Assembly: GCA_963727445.1 (NCBI GenBank)
Contig: CAVSGI010000006.1
Location: 32,001-96,000, forward strand
Source of the DNA: an uncultured delta proteobacterium
GTDB taxonomy: Bacteria; Myxococcota_A; Polyangia; Polyangiales; B10-G4
Direction: 5' to 3'
Length of the DNA stretch: 64,000 bases
Under the pieces are notes generated by a model that saw only the letters and a list, made by a program, of their open reading frames with translations, had not been told where the DNA came from and searched no databases. The position numbers were made by a program, and so were the translations under genes. Positions 28,810 through 38,166 of this stretch are shown here, piece by piece; the stretch's first letter is position 1, and every line of letters starts with the position of its first letter.

Positions 28810-30231
28810 CGCCGCACCTCGGCGTCGAGGAGCGCGAAGTCGAAGCGCGCCGGGGCGGCCCACGTGCCGAAGAGGGTGATGAGCATCGACGCCGCCGCGC
28901 TCACCAGCGCGGCGGTGAAGAAGCCGATGGTGAAATACGCGGTGAGTCCGGCGGCCGAGCCCACGATCATCGCCGCGGTCGCGGCGCGCGCGTTGGTCGC
29001 ACGAAAATACAGACCGGCGGCGATGGGCCAGATGGTGGAGGCGACGAAGGCGCCGGTGAGGTTCAACACCTCGCCGAGGGTGGCGAGGCGTTGCCAGCAC
29101 AGCGCGATGGTGACGATGCCGAGGGCGAAGATCAGCCAGAGGCTGGCCGAGCGGAGCTCCGAGTCCCGCGCGCCCGGCCGGAGGAGACGTCGATACACGT
29201 CTTCGACGAAGAGGTCGGAGGTGGCGGCGAGGAGCGAGTCGAGGGAGGAGGCGAGCGACGAGATGACGACGATCAGGAGCAGCACCGCGCCGGTGCTGCC
29301 GAGGAGCTCACCGATGACCAGCGGCCCGACCATGTCGAGGGAGGGCACGTCGACGCCGAGCAGAGGCGCCACCAGCGCGACCGAGCCCGCGAGGACCGGC
29401 ACCGGCAGCCAGAGCACGCCGCCCCAGAAGAACGCCCGGCCTCCCACGTCTTCGCGAAAGGCGTGGGCGCGTGACCACCACACGTTCGAGTGAAAGATCT
29501 CCCCGAGCCCGAAGAGGAGGTGGTTGAAGAGGAACATGATCGACGCGGGCGCGAGGAGGTCGAGCAGCGCGGGGCGATCCTCGGCGAGGCGCGCGTGGAC
29601 CTCGGAGGGGCTCGCGGTGGTGAATGCGGCGACGCCGACGATCACCAGGCCGAGGAGGATCAGCACGCTCTGGATGAAGTCGGTTCCGATCACGGCGCGG
29701 AGCCCGCCGAGCATGGTGTAGCCGGTGCAGACCACGATCACCGTCACCATGCCCACGCGATAGTCGATACCGGTGAGCGACTCCAGGAGGATGCCCCCGG
29801 CCATGCCCATGCTCACCAGCCAACCGAGCGCGTAGAAGAAGGAGATGCCGAGGAAGACGATCCAGCCCGCGCGACCGAATCGCATCCGGACGAAGTCGCC
29901 GCTGGTGTAGCCGTGCGGCATCAACTTCTTGATGCGTGTCGCCAGCGGCGCGAACAGCGATCAGCCCGACCGCCGCCAGGGAGTAGCCGAACATCCCCCA
30001 GATACCGAGCTGGTAGGCGAACTGTGGCGCGGTCATCGTGGTGTTGGTGGTCACCCAGGTCGCCATCGCGGTCGCGGTGCCGAGGGCGAATCCGACGCTG
30101 CGCCCGGCGAGGGCCCGGTCCTCGTACCCATCGGCGTCCCGTCCCCACCACCAGCCGAGCACGAGCCACAGAGCGCCGAACCCCAGCAGGATGGCGAGCC
30201 CGACCTCCTGGCTGATGATCGGCTCTTTCAT
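28806..30231 (-). CDS. Sodium:solute symporter family transporter (frameshift near 29955)
   Basis: AGRSVG, ATWVT, RFG, YTMLGGLRAVIGTDFIQ and SSLDSLL motifs; multiple TM segments. Confidence 0.88.
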
Positions 30232-30563
30232 CACTCGTTCCTCCGGTGTCCCACCGCGATGAGCGCGACGGTCGCCCCGAAGACCACGGCGCCGGTGAAG
30301 AAGAAGAGCGCCGCGACCCCGAGACTCGGGGGCTCTACCTCGACGGTGCAGCTCGCTGCCTCCCGGGTGTCGCTGACGACCAGCTCGTAATGATGAGCGC
30401 CGGCGAGTCGTCCGGAGACGGCGAGAGAGGGATCGTCGCCGTGGTAGATGAGCGCTCCGTCCTCCAGGAGCTGGAGCTCCGCGCCGTCGTGCGCCTGCCA
30501 TTCGAGCTGATACGCGCCCGTTCGGCTCGGCTCGGAAGGGCAATGGAGGTCGAGGTCGCTCAC
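30231..30563 (-). CDS. Hypothetical protein with C-terminal TM anchor
   Basis: Fills the gap between ectD and the SSS gene, overlapping the SSS start; beta-rich N-terminus plus a TM helix. Confidence 0.6.
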   Translation of the reverse strand: MSDLDLHCPSEPSRTGAYQLEWQAHDGAELQLLEDGALIYHGDDPSLAVSGRLAGAHHYELVVSDTREAASCTVEVEPPSLGVAALFFFTGAVVFGATVALIAVGHRRNE

Positions 30564-30567
30564 CTCG

Positions 30568-31437
30568 TCAGGTCAGTGGCTTGGAGCTGCGTGCCGCGAG
30601 GAAGTCCGGGCGCGGGTCCCGGCCACAGAAGGGTGTGGTCAGTTGGTTGTGGCACGAGTTGTAGACGTAGAAAGCGTTGGTGCGCGGCCAGGGCGTGAGG
30701 TTCGCCGTGGAGGCGTGCATCGTGTTGCAGTCGAAGAAGACCACGGTGCCCGGACCCCCGACGGCGCTGACGATGCCGCCGGCGCGCACGAGCTCGGCCA
30801 GGGACTCTTCGTCTGGCGTGCCCAGCTCCTGCTTTCTGAGCGAGGTCTTGTAGTGATCCTCGGGCGTCTGTCCCACGCATCGAACGAAGGTGCGATGGGA
30901 GCCGGGGATCAGCATCAGCGGGCCGTTGTGCGCGGTGTTCTCGGTCAGCATCACCACGCAGCTGAGCGCTTGCATGTGAGGCATGCCGTCCTCCGCGTGC
31001 CAGGTCTCGAAGTCCGAGTGCCAATGAAACGCCTGGCCCCCGAGGGCCGGCTTGTAGTTGATGCGCGACTGATGGATGTAGACCTCGTCGCCTACCACTC
31101 GCCGCACGAAGCTCAGGATGCTCGGGTGCGCAGCGAGCTCTCCGAAGGCGGGCACCAGCTCGTGCACGCGGAAGACGGAGCGCACCTGGTCGCTCTCGGG
31201 CTCGTAGATGAGCTCGGCGTCTACAGGCAGGTCCCGCTGGCAGCGGGCGGCCTCCGCGGCGAGCGTCGCCACCAGCTCCGCGGTGAGGAGATCCTCGAGG
31301 ATCACGAAGCCGTCGCGTTCGAAGCGCTCGACGCTCGCTTCTATCAGCGGGTCGTCCGAGGGCGCACCCCACAGGATGCGGTCTGCGCGTGCGATGCGCT
31401 CGGGGCGAACCGTGCGCGTGAAGTAGGGGTCGGCCAC
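30568..31437 (-). CDS. ectD: Ectoine hydroxylase
   Basis: Signature FHWHSDFETWHAEDGMP and HQSRINYKP. Confidence 0.97.
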   Translation of the reverse strand: MADPYFTRTVRPERIARADRILWGAPSDDPLIEASVERFERDGFVILEDLLTAELVATLAAEAARCQRDLPVDAELIYEPESDQVRSVFRVHELVPAFGELAAHPSILSFVRRVVGDEVYIHQSRINYKPALGGQAFHWHSDFETWHAEDGMPHMQALSCVVMLTENTAHNGPLMLIPGSHRTFVRCVGQTPEDHYKTSLRKQELGTPDEESLAELVRAGGIVSAVGGPGTVVFFDCNTMHASTANLTPWPRTNAFYVYNSCHNQLTTPFCGRDPRPDFLAARSSKPLT

Positions 31438-31438
31438 T

Positions 31439-31834
31439 TCACTCCGCCTTCACCCCTGCGGGTGCGTACGCGCCGGTCTCGTCGTGTACTTCTTTGCCGG
31501 TCACTGGAGGATTGAAGACGCAGACCATGCGCATCTGCGTCTTCGCGCGCAGTATGTGCCGGTCGTGGGAGTCGAGCGCGTAGACCGTGCCGGCGCTGAT
31601 GGGCCAACGCTGGCCGGTATCGCGAGACTCGATCTCGCCTTCGCCTTCGATGCAGTAGACCGCTTCGAGGTGATGCCGGTACCACATCGGGAGCTCGGCC
31701 CCCGCTTCGATCAACGTGTCGTGGAGCGAGAACCCCATGTCGTGGCGGGCCAGGAGAAGGCGTCGGCTGTTCCAACCCTCGGAATGGACGTCGTCTTCCG
31801 TGTCCCGCACCTCTTCGAGCGTGCGGACGATCAT
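31439..31834 (-). CDS. ectC: Ectoine synthase
   Basis: MIVRTL, W.SRRLLL...[20 protein letters not shown] and [13 protein letters not shown] motifs. Confidence 0.97.
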   Translation of the reverse strand: MIVRTLEEVRDTEDDVHSEGWNSRRLLLARHDMGFSLHDTLIEAGAELPMWYRHHLEAVYCIEGEGEIESRDTGQRWPISAGTVYALDSHDRHILRAKTQMRMVCVFNPPVTGKEVHDETGAYAPAGVKAE

Positions 31835-31838
31835 GTCC

Positions 31839-33155
31839 TCAAGCCTGTAGCTCCGTCGTGGGGGGTAGCGCATTGTGCTCACGCACGACCTCCTCGATGG
31901 ACTCCTCGACGATGTCCAGGCCGCGGGCCAGCGCCTCCTCGGTGATCGTCAGCGGCGGAAGCAGCTTGAGCACCTCGTCATCGGGGCCCGCCGTCTCGAT
32001 CATGAGACCACGCTCGAAGGCCGCGCGGGAGACGGCGGCGGCGCGCTCCGGCCGCGCGAAGACGAGGCCGCGGATGAGTCCGAGGCCCCGCTGCTCTACC
32101 ACCACGTCGGGACGTCGGGCCACCATCTCCGAGAGCCTGCCCGACGTCTGTTGCGCCTTCTTTTCGACGCCACGCCGCAGGCGGTCGTCCCGCCAGTGAT
32201 GGTCGAGGGCCGCGGTCGCCGTCACGAAGGCGAGGTTGTGACCCCGGAAGGTGCCGTTGTGCTCTCCCGGCTTCCACACGTCGAGATCGGGCCGGATGAG
32301 CACCACGCTGAGCGGCGTGCCGTATCCGCTGAGCGACTTGCTGAGCGTCACGATGTCGGGGCGGATGCCTGCGCGGTCGAAGCTGAAGAAGGGGCCCGTG
32401 CGCCCGCAGCCGACCTGGATGTCGTCCACGACGAGCAGCACGCCGTGGCTTCGGCAGATGGCCTCGAGGCGCTGGAGCCAGTCGACGGAGGCGACGTTGA
32501 CACCGCCCTCGGCCTGCACCGTCTCGAGGATCACCGCCGCGGGCTTGTCGAGGCCGCTCGAACAATCGGAGAGCATGCTCTCGAAGAGCTCGAGGGTGTC
32601 GGTGTCACCGCCGAGATAGCCGTCGAAGGGCACCGTGGTGGCGTGGGAGAGCGGGACGCCGGCACCGAAGCGCTTGCCGGCGTTGCCGGTCATCGCCAGC
32701 GAGCCGAGGGTCATGCCGTGAAAGCCGTTGGTGAAGCACACCACGTTCGTCCGTTCGGTCACCTTGCGCGCCAGCTTCAGCGCGGACTCCACGGCGTTGG
32801 TGCCGGTGGGACCCGGGAACATGACGCGGTACTCGAGACCGCGGGGCCTCAGGACCAGCTCTTCGAGGCGCTCGAGAAAGGCGCGCTTGGCCGAGGTGTG
32901 AAGGTCGAGGCTGTGGGTGATGCCGTCCTGGGAGAGGTAATCGACGAGCGCCTTCTTCAGCTCGGGCGGGTTGTGGCCGTAGTTGAGGGCGCCGGCGCCG
33001 GCGAAGAAGTCGATGTAGCGTCGCCCTCGCTCGTCCACGAGCTCGTGGCCCTGGGCCGACTCGAAGACGGTGGGGAAGGAGCGGCAGTAGCCGCGGACGC
33101 GGGATTCGAGTCGCGTGAAGGTGCTCTTGTCGTTTCGTCTGTTGGGTGGGGTCAT
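31839..33155 (-). CDS. ectB: Diaminobutyrate-2-oxoglutarate transaminase
   Basis: [47 protein letters not shown] and [12 protein letters not shown] motifs. Confidence 0.97.
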   Translation of the reverse strand: MTPPNRRNDKSTFTRLESRVRGYCRSFPTVFESAQGHELVDERGRRYIDFFAGAGALNYGHNPPELKKALVDYLSQDGITHSLDLHTSAKRAFLERLEELVLRPRGLEYRVMFPGPTGTNAVESALKLARKVTERTNVVCFTNGFHGMTLGSLAMTGNAGKRFGAGVPLSHATTVPFDGYLGGDTDTLELFESMLSDCSSGLDKPAAVILETVQAEGGVNVASVDWLQRLEAICRSHGVLLVVDDIQVGCGRTGPFFSFDRAGIRPDIVTLSKSLSGYGTPLSVVLIRPDLDVWKPGEHNGTFRGHNLAFVTATAALDHHWRDDRLRRGVEKKAQQTSGRLSEMVARRPDVVVEQRGLGLIRGLVFARPERAAAVSRAAFERGLMIETAGPDDEVLKLLPPLTITEEALARGLDIVEESIEEVVREHNALPPTTELQA

Positions 33156-33667
33156 GCGAAGGGTCCGATTCGAACGAGTTGCTCGGGTGCGTGGTCGTTG
33201 GCGAAGAGATGCCCGGGGTAGCCGCGGCGCCAGGCGAACCCGGCGCTCTTTCGTTTGGCGAAGGACTCGAAGAGACTCCGGCTCGCCGCGTTGTCTGGCG
33301 TCACCGTGGCTTCGAGGAAGCGCACGCCTTCGCATCCCTTTGCGGCGACCAGGGCGTCCAACAGACGGCTCCCGATGCCCGCTCCGCGGGCCGATGGGCG
33401 GATCCCGATCTGCCAGACGAAGACGGTGTCCGGTCGCTCGGGTGGGCGATACGCCCCCACGAATCCGACGAGCTCGCCTGCCCGCTCGGCGACGAGCGTG
33501 GTCGCGGCGAAGTGGTCGCAGAGCAGGATGTAGGCGTAACAGGTGTTGAGCTCGAGACCGCCGCTCTCCTTCACCAGTCGATGGATGCGCGGCGCGTCTT
33601 CGAGGCGCGAGGCACGATATGCGATCCGTCCCTCGACCGAGGGCTCGTGGGCGTCGACGGTCTCCAT
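33152..33667 (-). CDS. ectA: Diaminobutyrate acetyltransferase
   Basis: LELNTCYAY, FVWQIG, LEATVTPDNAAS and F...H..E motifs. Confidence 0.95.
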   Translation of the reverse strand: METVDAHEPSVEGRIAYRASRLEDAPRIHRLVKESGGLELNTCYAYILLCDHFAATTLVAERAGELVGFVGAYRPPERPDTVFVWQIGIRPSARGAGIGSRLLDALVAAKGCEGVRFLEATVTPDNAASRSLFESFAKRKSAGFAWRRGYPGHLFANDHAPEQLVRIGPFA

Positions 33668-34956
33668 CAGGCGGCCACCTCTGCCTCGCCCGTGATGAAG
33701 CGGTCGTGCACGCACTGGACGGCGCGGTCCACGTCGTCTCGCGCGACCAGGCAGGTCAACGCCTCTCTCGAGGTGAAGCTGGTGGCGACCTCGACGCCCT
33801 CGGTGCGGAGCGCGTCCAGCGCGGTGAGCAGGGCGGCGGGCTCGTCGCCCACGCCGAGACCCACGGCGCTCACCGATCCCAGCCCCTGCTCGACGATCAG
33901 ACCGGCGCCTTTGAACCGCTCCTCGAGCGCCGACGCGAATTCGCCCGCGCTCGGGATGTTCTCCGTCGCCACCACGATGTCGAAGCGCTGCCTTTGCGGC
34001 TCGACCCCGCTCGAGAGCACGTCGCAACCATCGAGGGATCTCAGCACCGCGTCGGTGCAAGCGTCGCAGCCCTGTCCTTCGCAGCGCACGCGCAGGAGGT
34101 CCTTGCGGCCAGCGACGCCGGTGACGCCGTAGGCGTTGAGCTCGCGAAGTCGATCCTTCGGACCGTCGTCGGCTCGCTCGACCTTGGTGTGGTTGTCGGC
34201 GCCGAAAGTGGAGCGCGCGTAGATGGCGATCTGATGACGTCGGGCGAACTCCACCGCCTGCGCGTTCAGCACGCGGGCGCCCTGTCGGGAGAGCTCCTGC
34301 ATCTCTTCGTAGCAGAGCTGGTCCATCCGCACGGCGTCGACGACCACGCGCGGGTCGGCGCTGTAGATCCCGTCCACGTCGCTGAAGATGTCGCAGTGGT
34401 GCGCGTCGAGCGCGGCCGCCAGAGCGACCGCGGTGGTGTCGCTTCCGCCGCGACCGAGCGTCGTGATCTCGTCGCGGTAGCTCGCGCCCTGGAAACCGGC
34501 GACGACCACGACGCGGCCGTGCGCCAGCTCGTCTTCGATGCGGAACGGCCGCACCTCCACGATGCGCGCGTTGGTGTGATTGTCGTTGGTGAGGATCCCG
34601 CACTGGGTGCCCGTGAGCGAGATCGCCGAAACACCTTCCTCGGCGATGGCCATGGCGAGCAGCGACATGCTGATCCGCTCACCGCTGGTGAGCAGCATGT
34701 CCATCTCGCGCAGGGGCGCGCTCGTGGTGATGGACTGAGCGCGCTCGACGAGCTCGTCGGTGGTGTCACCCATGGCCGAGACGACCACCACCACGTCCCA
34801 GCCTTCACGCCGGGTGTCGGCGATCTTCTTGGCGACGCGCCGGAGGTGGCCGACCGTGGCGACCGAGGATCCTCCGTATTTCTGAACGACCAGTCTTCGC
34901 TCCGGACGCGGTTTGGCGGCGCGCGCCTCTGCCATGAGATGGCTCGTGCGATCCAT
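33667..34956 (-). CDS. ask: Aspartate kinase
   Basis: [25 protein letters not shown] and [10 protein letters not shown] motifs; GGGAGGA RBS before ATG at 34956. Confidence 0.95.
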   Translation of the reverse strand: MDRTSHLMAEARAAKPRPERRLVVQKYGGSSVATVGHLRRVAKKIADTRREGWDVVVVVSAMGDTTDELVERAQSITTSAPLREMDMLLTSGERISMSLLAMAIAEEGVSAISLTGTQCGILTNDNHTNARIVEVRPFRIEDELAHGRVVVVAGFQGASYRDEITTLGRGGSDTTAVALAAALDAHHCDIFSDVDGIYSADPRVVVDAVRMDQLCYEEMQELSRQGARVLNAQAVEFARRHQIAIYARSTFGADNHTKVERADDGPKDRLRELNAYGVTGVAGRKDLLRVRCEGQGCDACTDAVLRSLDGCDVLSSGVEPQRQRFDIVVATENIPSAGEFASALEERFKGAGLIVEQGLGSVSAVGLGVGDEPAALLTALDALRTEGVEVATSFTSREALTCLVARDDVDRAVQCVHDRFITGEAEVAA

Positions 34957-35015
34957 GTTCCTCCCGTGAGGTTTGGCCGAAGAGCGAAAGCGCTCTCCGT
35001 GAGGGGAGGGTATCC

Positions 35016-35027
35016 TTTGCACACAAA
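35016..35027. promoter_or_regulatory. Palindromic operator-like site upstream of ask-ectABCD
   Basis: TTTG-CACA-CAAA in an AT-rich intergenic stretch. Confidence 0.55.
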
Positions 35028-35105
35028 AGAAAAATTGCCAAGCGATTTCGCAGAAATTGCGTCAAAATCCCCGTCCTTGGACCCTTGATCGTTTGAGAAC
35101 GAAGT

Positions 35106-36527
35106 TTATTGGGCGATTTCCGCGTCGTCTTCGAGGCCCCATCGGCGGCCCAGCGCGTAGATCGCGAAGCCAGCCAGCATCCCTGGCGCGACCTCGTAGA
35201 CGAGGCTGCTGAGCCCGAACTCGCGCCACAGGACGGTGACCGCGACCCCGCCCACCACCATCAAGACGGCGACTGGCTCACTCACCCGTTTGTCGAAGGC
35301 ATAGAGGAAGAGGATCGGCCCGAAAGCGGCGCCGAGCACGGACCAGGCGATCAACACCAGGCTGAAGACGTTCGAGGTCCCGAAGAGCGCGACCGCCAGC
35401 GCGAGGCAGGCGACGATCAACGTTCCTGCCTTCGTGACAAGCGAGGTGTCGTAGCGCTTGGGCAGGATGTCGCGCGTGAGCGCGGCCGAGCAGCTGAGGA
35501 TCTGCGAGTCCGCGGTGCTCATGGTCGCCGCGAAGAGACCCGCGAGGACGACGCCGACGAGGATCTCGGGCAGGTGCTCCATCGCGAGCGTGGGCATCGC
35601 GAGCTCGGGATCGAAGGCGTCGGTCTCCGGCAAGAGGATGCGCGCGGTGAGTCCCACGCCGATGGCGCAGAGGTAGAAGAGGATGTACCAGGCGTAGTAA
35701 TAGACGCGCACGCGCATCAGATGCTTCGGCTCGTCCAATGTCATGTAGCGGATGACGATGTGCGGCTGACCCGCGACGCCGAACCCGGCGAAGAACCAGC
35801 CCATGATGAAGAGTACGGGGCCGAGCGCACCCTCCACAGGCAGGTCGGGCGGCGTCAGCGACATGTACGTGTCGGAGACGGCGTCGAGGCTCGCGAAGAG
35901 CTCGCTCGGACCGCCGGCGACCCCGATCGTCACGTAGAGCAGCATCGCCATCGCGAAGATCATCACGATCGACTGCGCCGCGTCCGTCCAGATGGAGGCG
36001 CGGATGCCGCCCGCCATGCAGTAGATGACGACGATGACGAAGCCGATGATGGCGCCGGTGGCGTAGTCCCAGCCGAAGAGCACGTGCAGCGCCTTGCTCC
36101 CGGCCTTGAGCTGGGCGGCGGCGTAGGTGCCGAGGAAGACGATGGTGATGATGCCCACCAGGAGCCGCAGCCGCTTGTGCTCGGTGCCGTGCCACCTCGA
36201 GAGAAGGCCGCCGAAGCTCAGGACGTTTCGCTTCTCGGTCATGACCCGGAGCTTGCGGTAGATGACCAGAGAGGCGACGAGGTCTCCGAGGATCCAGCCC
36301 ACCATCAGCCAGATCGACGACAGCCCGACGTCGTAGGTGTAGCCGATCTGGCCCACGAACATGTAGCCGCTGTTGTTGGTGGCGACGGCCGACAGAGCCA
36401 CCAGCCACGGCTTCACGCTGTGGCCGGCGAGGAGGTAGTCCTGGTTGGTGCCTTCGCTCTTGAGGACCGACGCCGCCCCGATGGCGACGAAGGCCAGGAG
36501 GAAGAAGCCGAAGCTGTAGAGGATCAC
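35106..36527 (-). CDS. putP: Sodium/proline symporter (PutP-like SSS)
   Basis: DYLLAG, ALSAVATNNSGYM, GGIRASIWTD, GQPHI and AATMSTADSQ motifs; GTG start overlaps the SDMT stop. Confidence 0.85.
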   Translation of the reverse strand: MILYSFGFFLLAFVAIGAASVLKSEGTNQDYLLAGHSVKPWLVALSAVATNNSGYMFVGQIGYTYDVGLSSIWLMVGWILGDLVASLVIYRKLRVMTEKRNVLSFGGLLSRWHGTEHKRLRLLVGIITIVFLGTYAAAQLKAGSKALHVLFGWDYATGAIIGFVIVVIYCMAGGIRASIWTDAAQSIVMIFAMAMLLYVTIGVAGGPSELFASLDAVSDTYMSLTPPDLPVEGALGPVLFIMGWFFAGFGVAGQPHIVIRYMTLDEPKHLMRVRVYYYAWYILFYLCAIGVGLTARILLPETDAFDPELAMPTLAMEHLPEILVGVVLAGLFAATMSTADSQILSCSAALTRDILPKRYDTSLVTKAGTLIVACLALAVALFGTSNVFSLVLIAWSVLGAAFGPILFLYAFDKRVSEPVAVLMVVGGVAVTVLWREFGLSSLVYEVAPGMLAGFAIYALGRRWGLEDDAEIAQ

Positions 36528-37366
36528 CCTGGTTTCCGGAAATGGAAGACGCCCCAGACCAGGTGCCCCGCCTTGCCGCCGTCGATCCAGTGTCTCAGGC
36601 CGGAGCGCATGCGTTCGAGGTATCCCTTGCTGATCTCGCCGGTGAGGCTCTTCTCGCGCGCCTCGGTCTCTTCGAGCACGCGCGAGTAGTGGGTGACCAG
36701 CTGAACCGTGAGGTCTTCGAAGCCGACCTCGCGCAGCCCTGCTTTGCGCGCGGCGTCGCGATAGAACTTTGGTGAGCCGAGGCTCTCGAGGTGGATGCGG
36801 TCCAGGATCGGCGTCAGCACGCTCGGGTCGCATCGATCGGACTGCATCGGGTCGGTGAACACCAGGTTGCCTCCCTTGGCGAGGACGCGGGCGATCTCGG
36901 TGATGACACGCGCGCGGTCGCCCGCGTGGAGGATCGCGTCCTGGGACCACACCAGGTCGAAGGAGGCCGGCGGCCGCGCGATGGTCTCGAAGCTGCCCAG
37001 CACCACGTCGATGCGATCCGTGAGGCCCGCCTGCTCGTTGAGCTCGCGCGCGCGTGCGTTTTCCACGTCGCTGATGTTGATGGCCGTGACCTTGCAGCCG
37101 TACTTCGCCGCGAGGTAGCGGGCCGCGCCGCAGTAACCCGAGCCCAGATCTGCGACCGAGGTGGACTCGCCGAGCCCCTCGACCCGCGAGGCCAGGCGTT
37201 CGATGGTCCGGCGGCTCGCGGTGGCGATGTCGTCCTTCGCTCCTTCGTAGATGCCGATGTGGATGTCCTCGCCGCCCCAGACCGCGCTGTAGAAGCGGTC
37301 AGCGTCGTCGCTGTCGTAGTAGTCCCGCGCCGTGGTCACAGCCGACTGCATGTTCGCTCTGGTCAT
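36524..37366 (-). CDS. bsmB: Sarcosine/dimethylglycine N-methyltransferase (SDMT)
   Basis: YYDSDDADRFY..VWGGEDIHIG, DLGSGYCG, WSQDAILH and FTDPMQ motifs. Confidence 0.93.
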   Translation of the reverse strand: MTRANMQSAVTTARDYYDSDDADRFYSAVWGGEDIHIGIYEGAKDDIATASRRTIERLASRVEGLGESTSVADLGSGYCGAARYLAAKYGCKVTAINISDVENARARELNEQAGLTDRIDVVLGSFETIARPPASFDLVWSQDAILHAGDRARVITEIARVLAKGGNLVFTDPMQSDRCDPSVLTPILDRIHLESLGSPKFYRDAARKAGLREVGFEDLTVQLVTHYSRVLEETEAREKSLTGEISKGYLERMRSGLRHWIDGGKAGHLVWGVFHFRKPG

Positions 37367-38166
37367 GCTCGCTCCTTACCGGTGGCGTAACGCTTCTCGG
37401 CGACGTGGATGAAGAAGTCCGGGTCCTCCTCGCGATGCGTCTCCTGAAAGTCGCCGTAGGACTCGACGTGCTGAAATCCGACCTCGCGCATGAGCCTCTG
37501 CACGTACTTCTGCCGGAGCGGAAACATGTTGAGGTGGTAGGTGCCCCCGTCGGGGAAGCTGTACTCGAAGCGCGCGAGCCCGGGGTCCACGTACTCTGGT
37601 TTCACCGAGACGTCCTCGCCGCAGTAGTAGTAGATGTGCTTGGACGAGTACCCGTTGTCGAGGATCGCGTCGTAGTTGCGTTGATCGAGGACCAGCACTC
37701 CGTCGTGGCGCAGTGCTGCGTAGAACTCCGCCAGCGCCTTGCGTCGATCGTTTTCGTCGAAGAGGTGAGTGAAGGAGTTTCCGAGGCAGATGACGGCGTC
37801 GAACTTGCCGTGGATGTCACGGTTCAACCAGCGCCAGTCCGCGCGTACGGTGCGCAGCACGTGACCACGTCGCTTGGCGTTTTCGAAGGCCTTGTAGAGC
37901 ATCTGGGCGCTTCCGTCGGCGCTCACCACGTCGAAGCCCGCTTCGATGAGCCGCACCGAGTGAAAGCCGGTGCCGGTGGCCACGTCGAGGACCTTCTTGG
38001 CCCCCCGCGCTTTCAGCTGTTCGATGAAGAACTGCCCCTCGGTCTCGGCTCGCGCATCCCAGTCGATGAGCTCGTCCCACTTCTGCACGAATGCCTGTAC
38101 GTATTCTTCCCGGTAGTGGTCCGTGTCGCGGACTTCGAGCGGTTGTTCTCCAAAGGATTGGCTCAT
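37363..38166 (-). CDS. bsmA: Glycine/sarcosine N-methyltransferase (GSMT)
   Basis: FVQKWDELIDW, DVATGTGFHS, CLGNSFTHL, DQRNYD and YGDFQET motifs. Confidence 0.95.
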   Translation of the reverse strand: MSQSFGEQPLEVRDTDHYREEYVQAFVQKWDELIDWDARAETEGQFFIEQLKARGAKKVLDVATGTGFHSVRLIEAGFDVVSADGSAQMLYKAFENAKRRGHVLRTVRADWRWLNRDIHGKFDAVICLGNSFTHLFDENDRRKALAEFYAALRHDGVLVLDQRNYDAILDNGYSSKHIYYYCGEDVSVKPEYVDPGLARFEYSFPDGGTYHLNMFPLRQKYVQRLMREVGFQHVESYGDFQETHREEDPDFFIHVAEKRYATGKERA

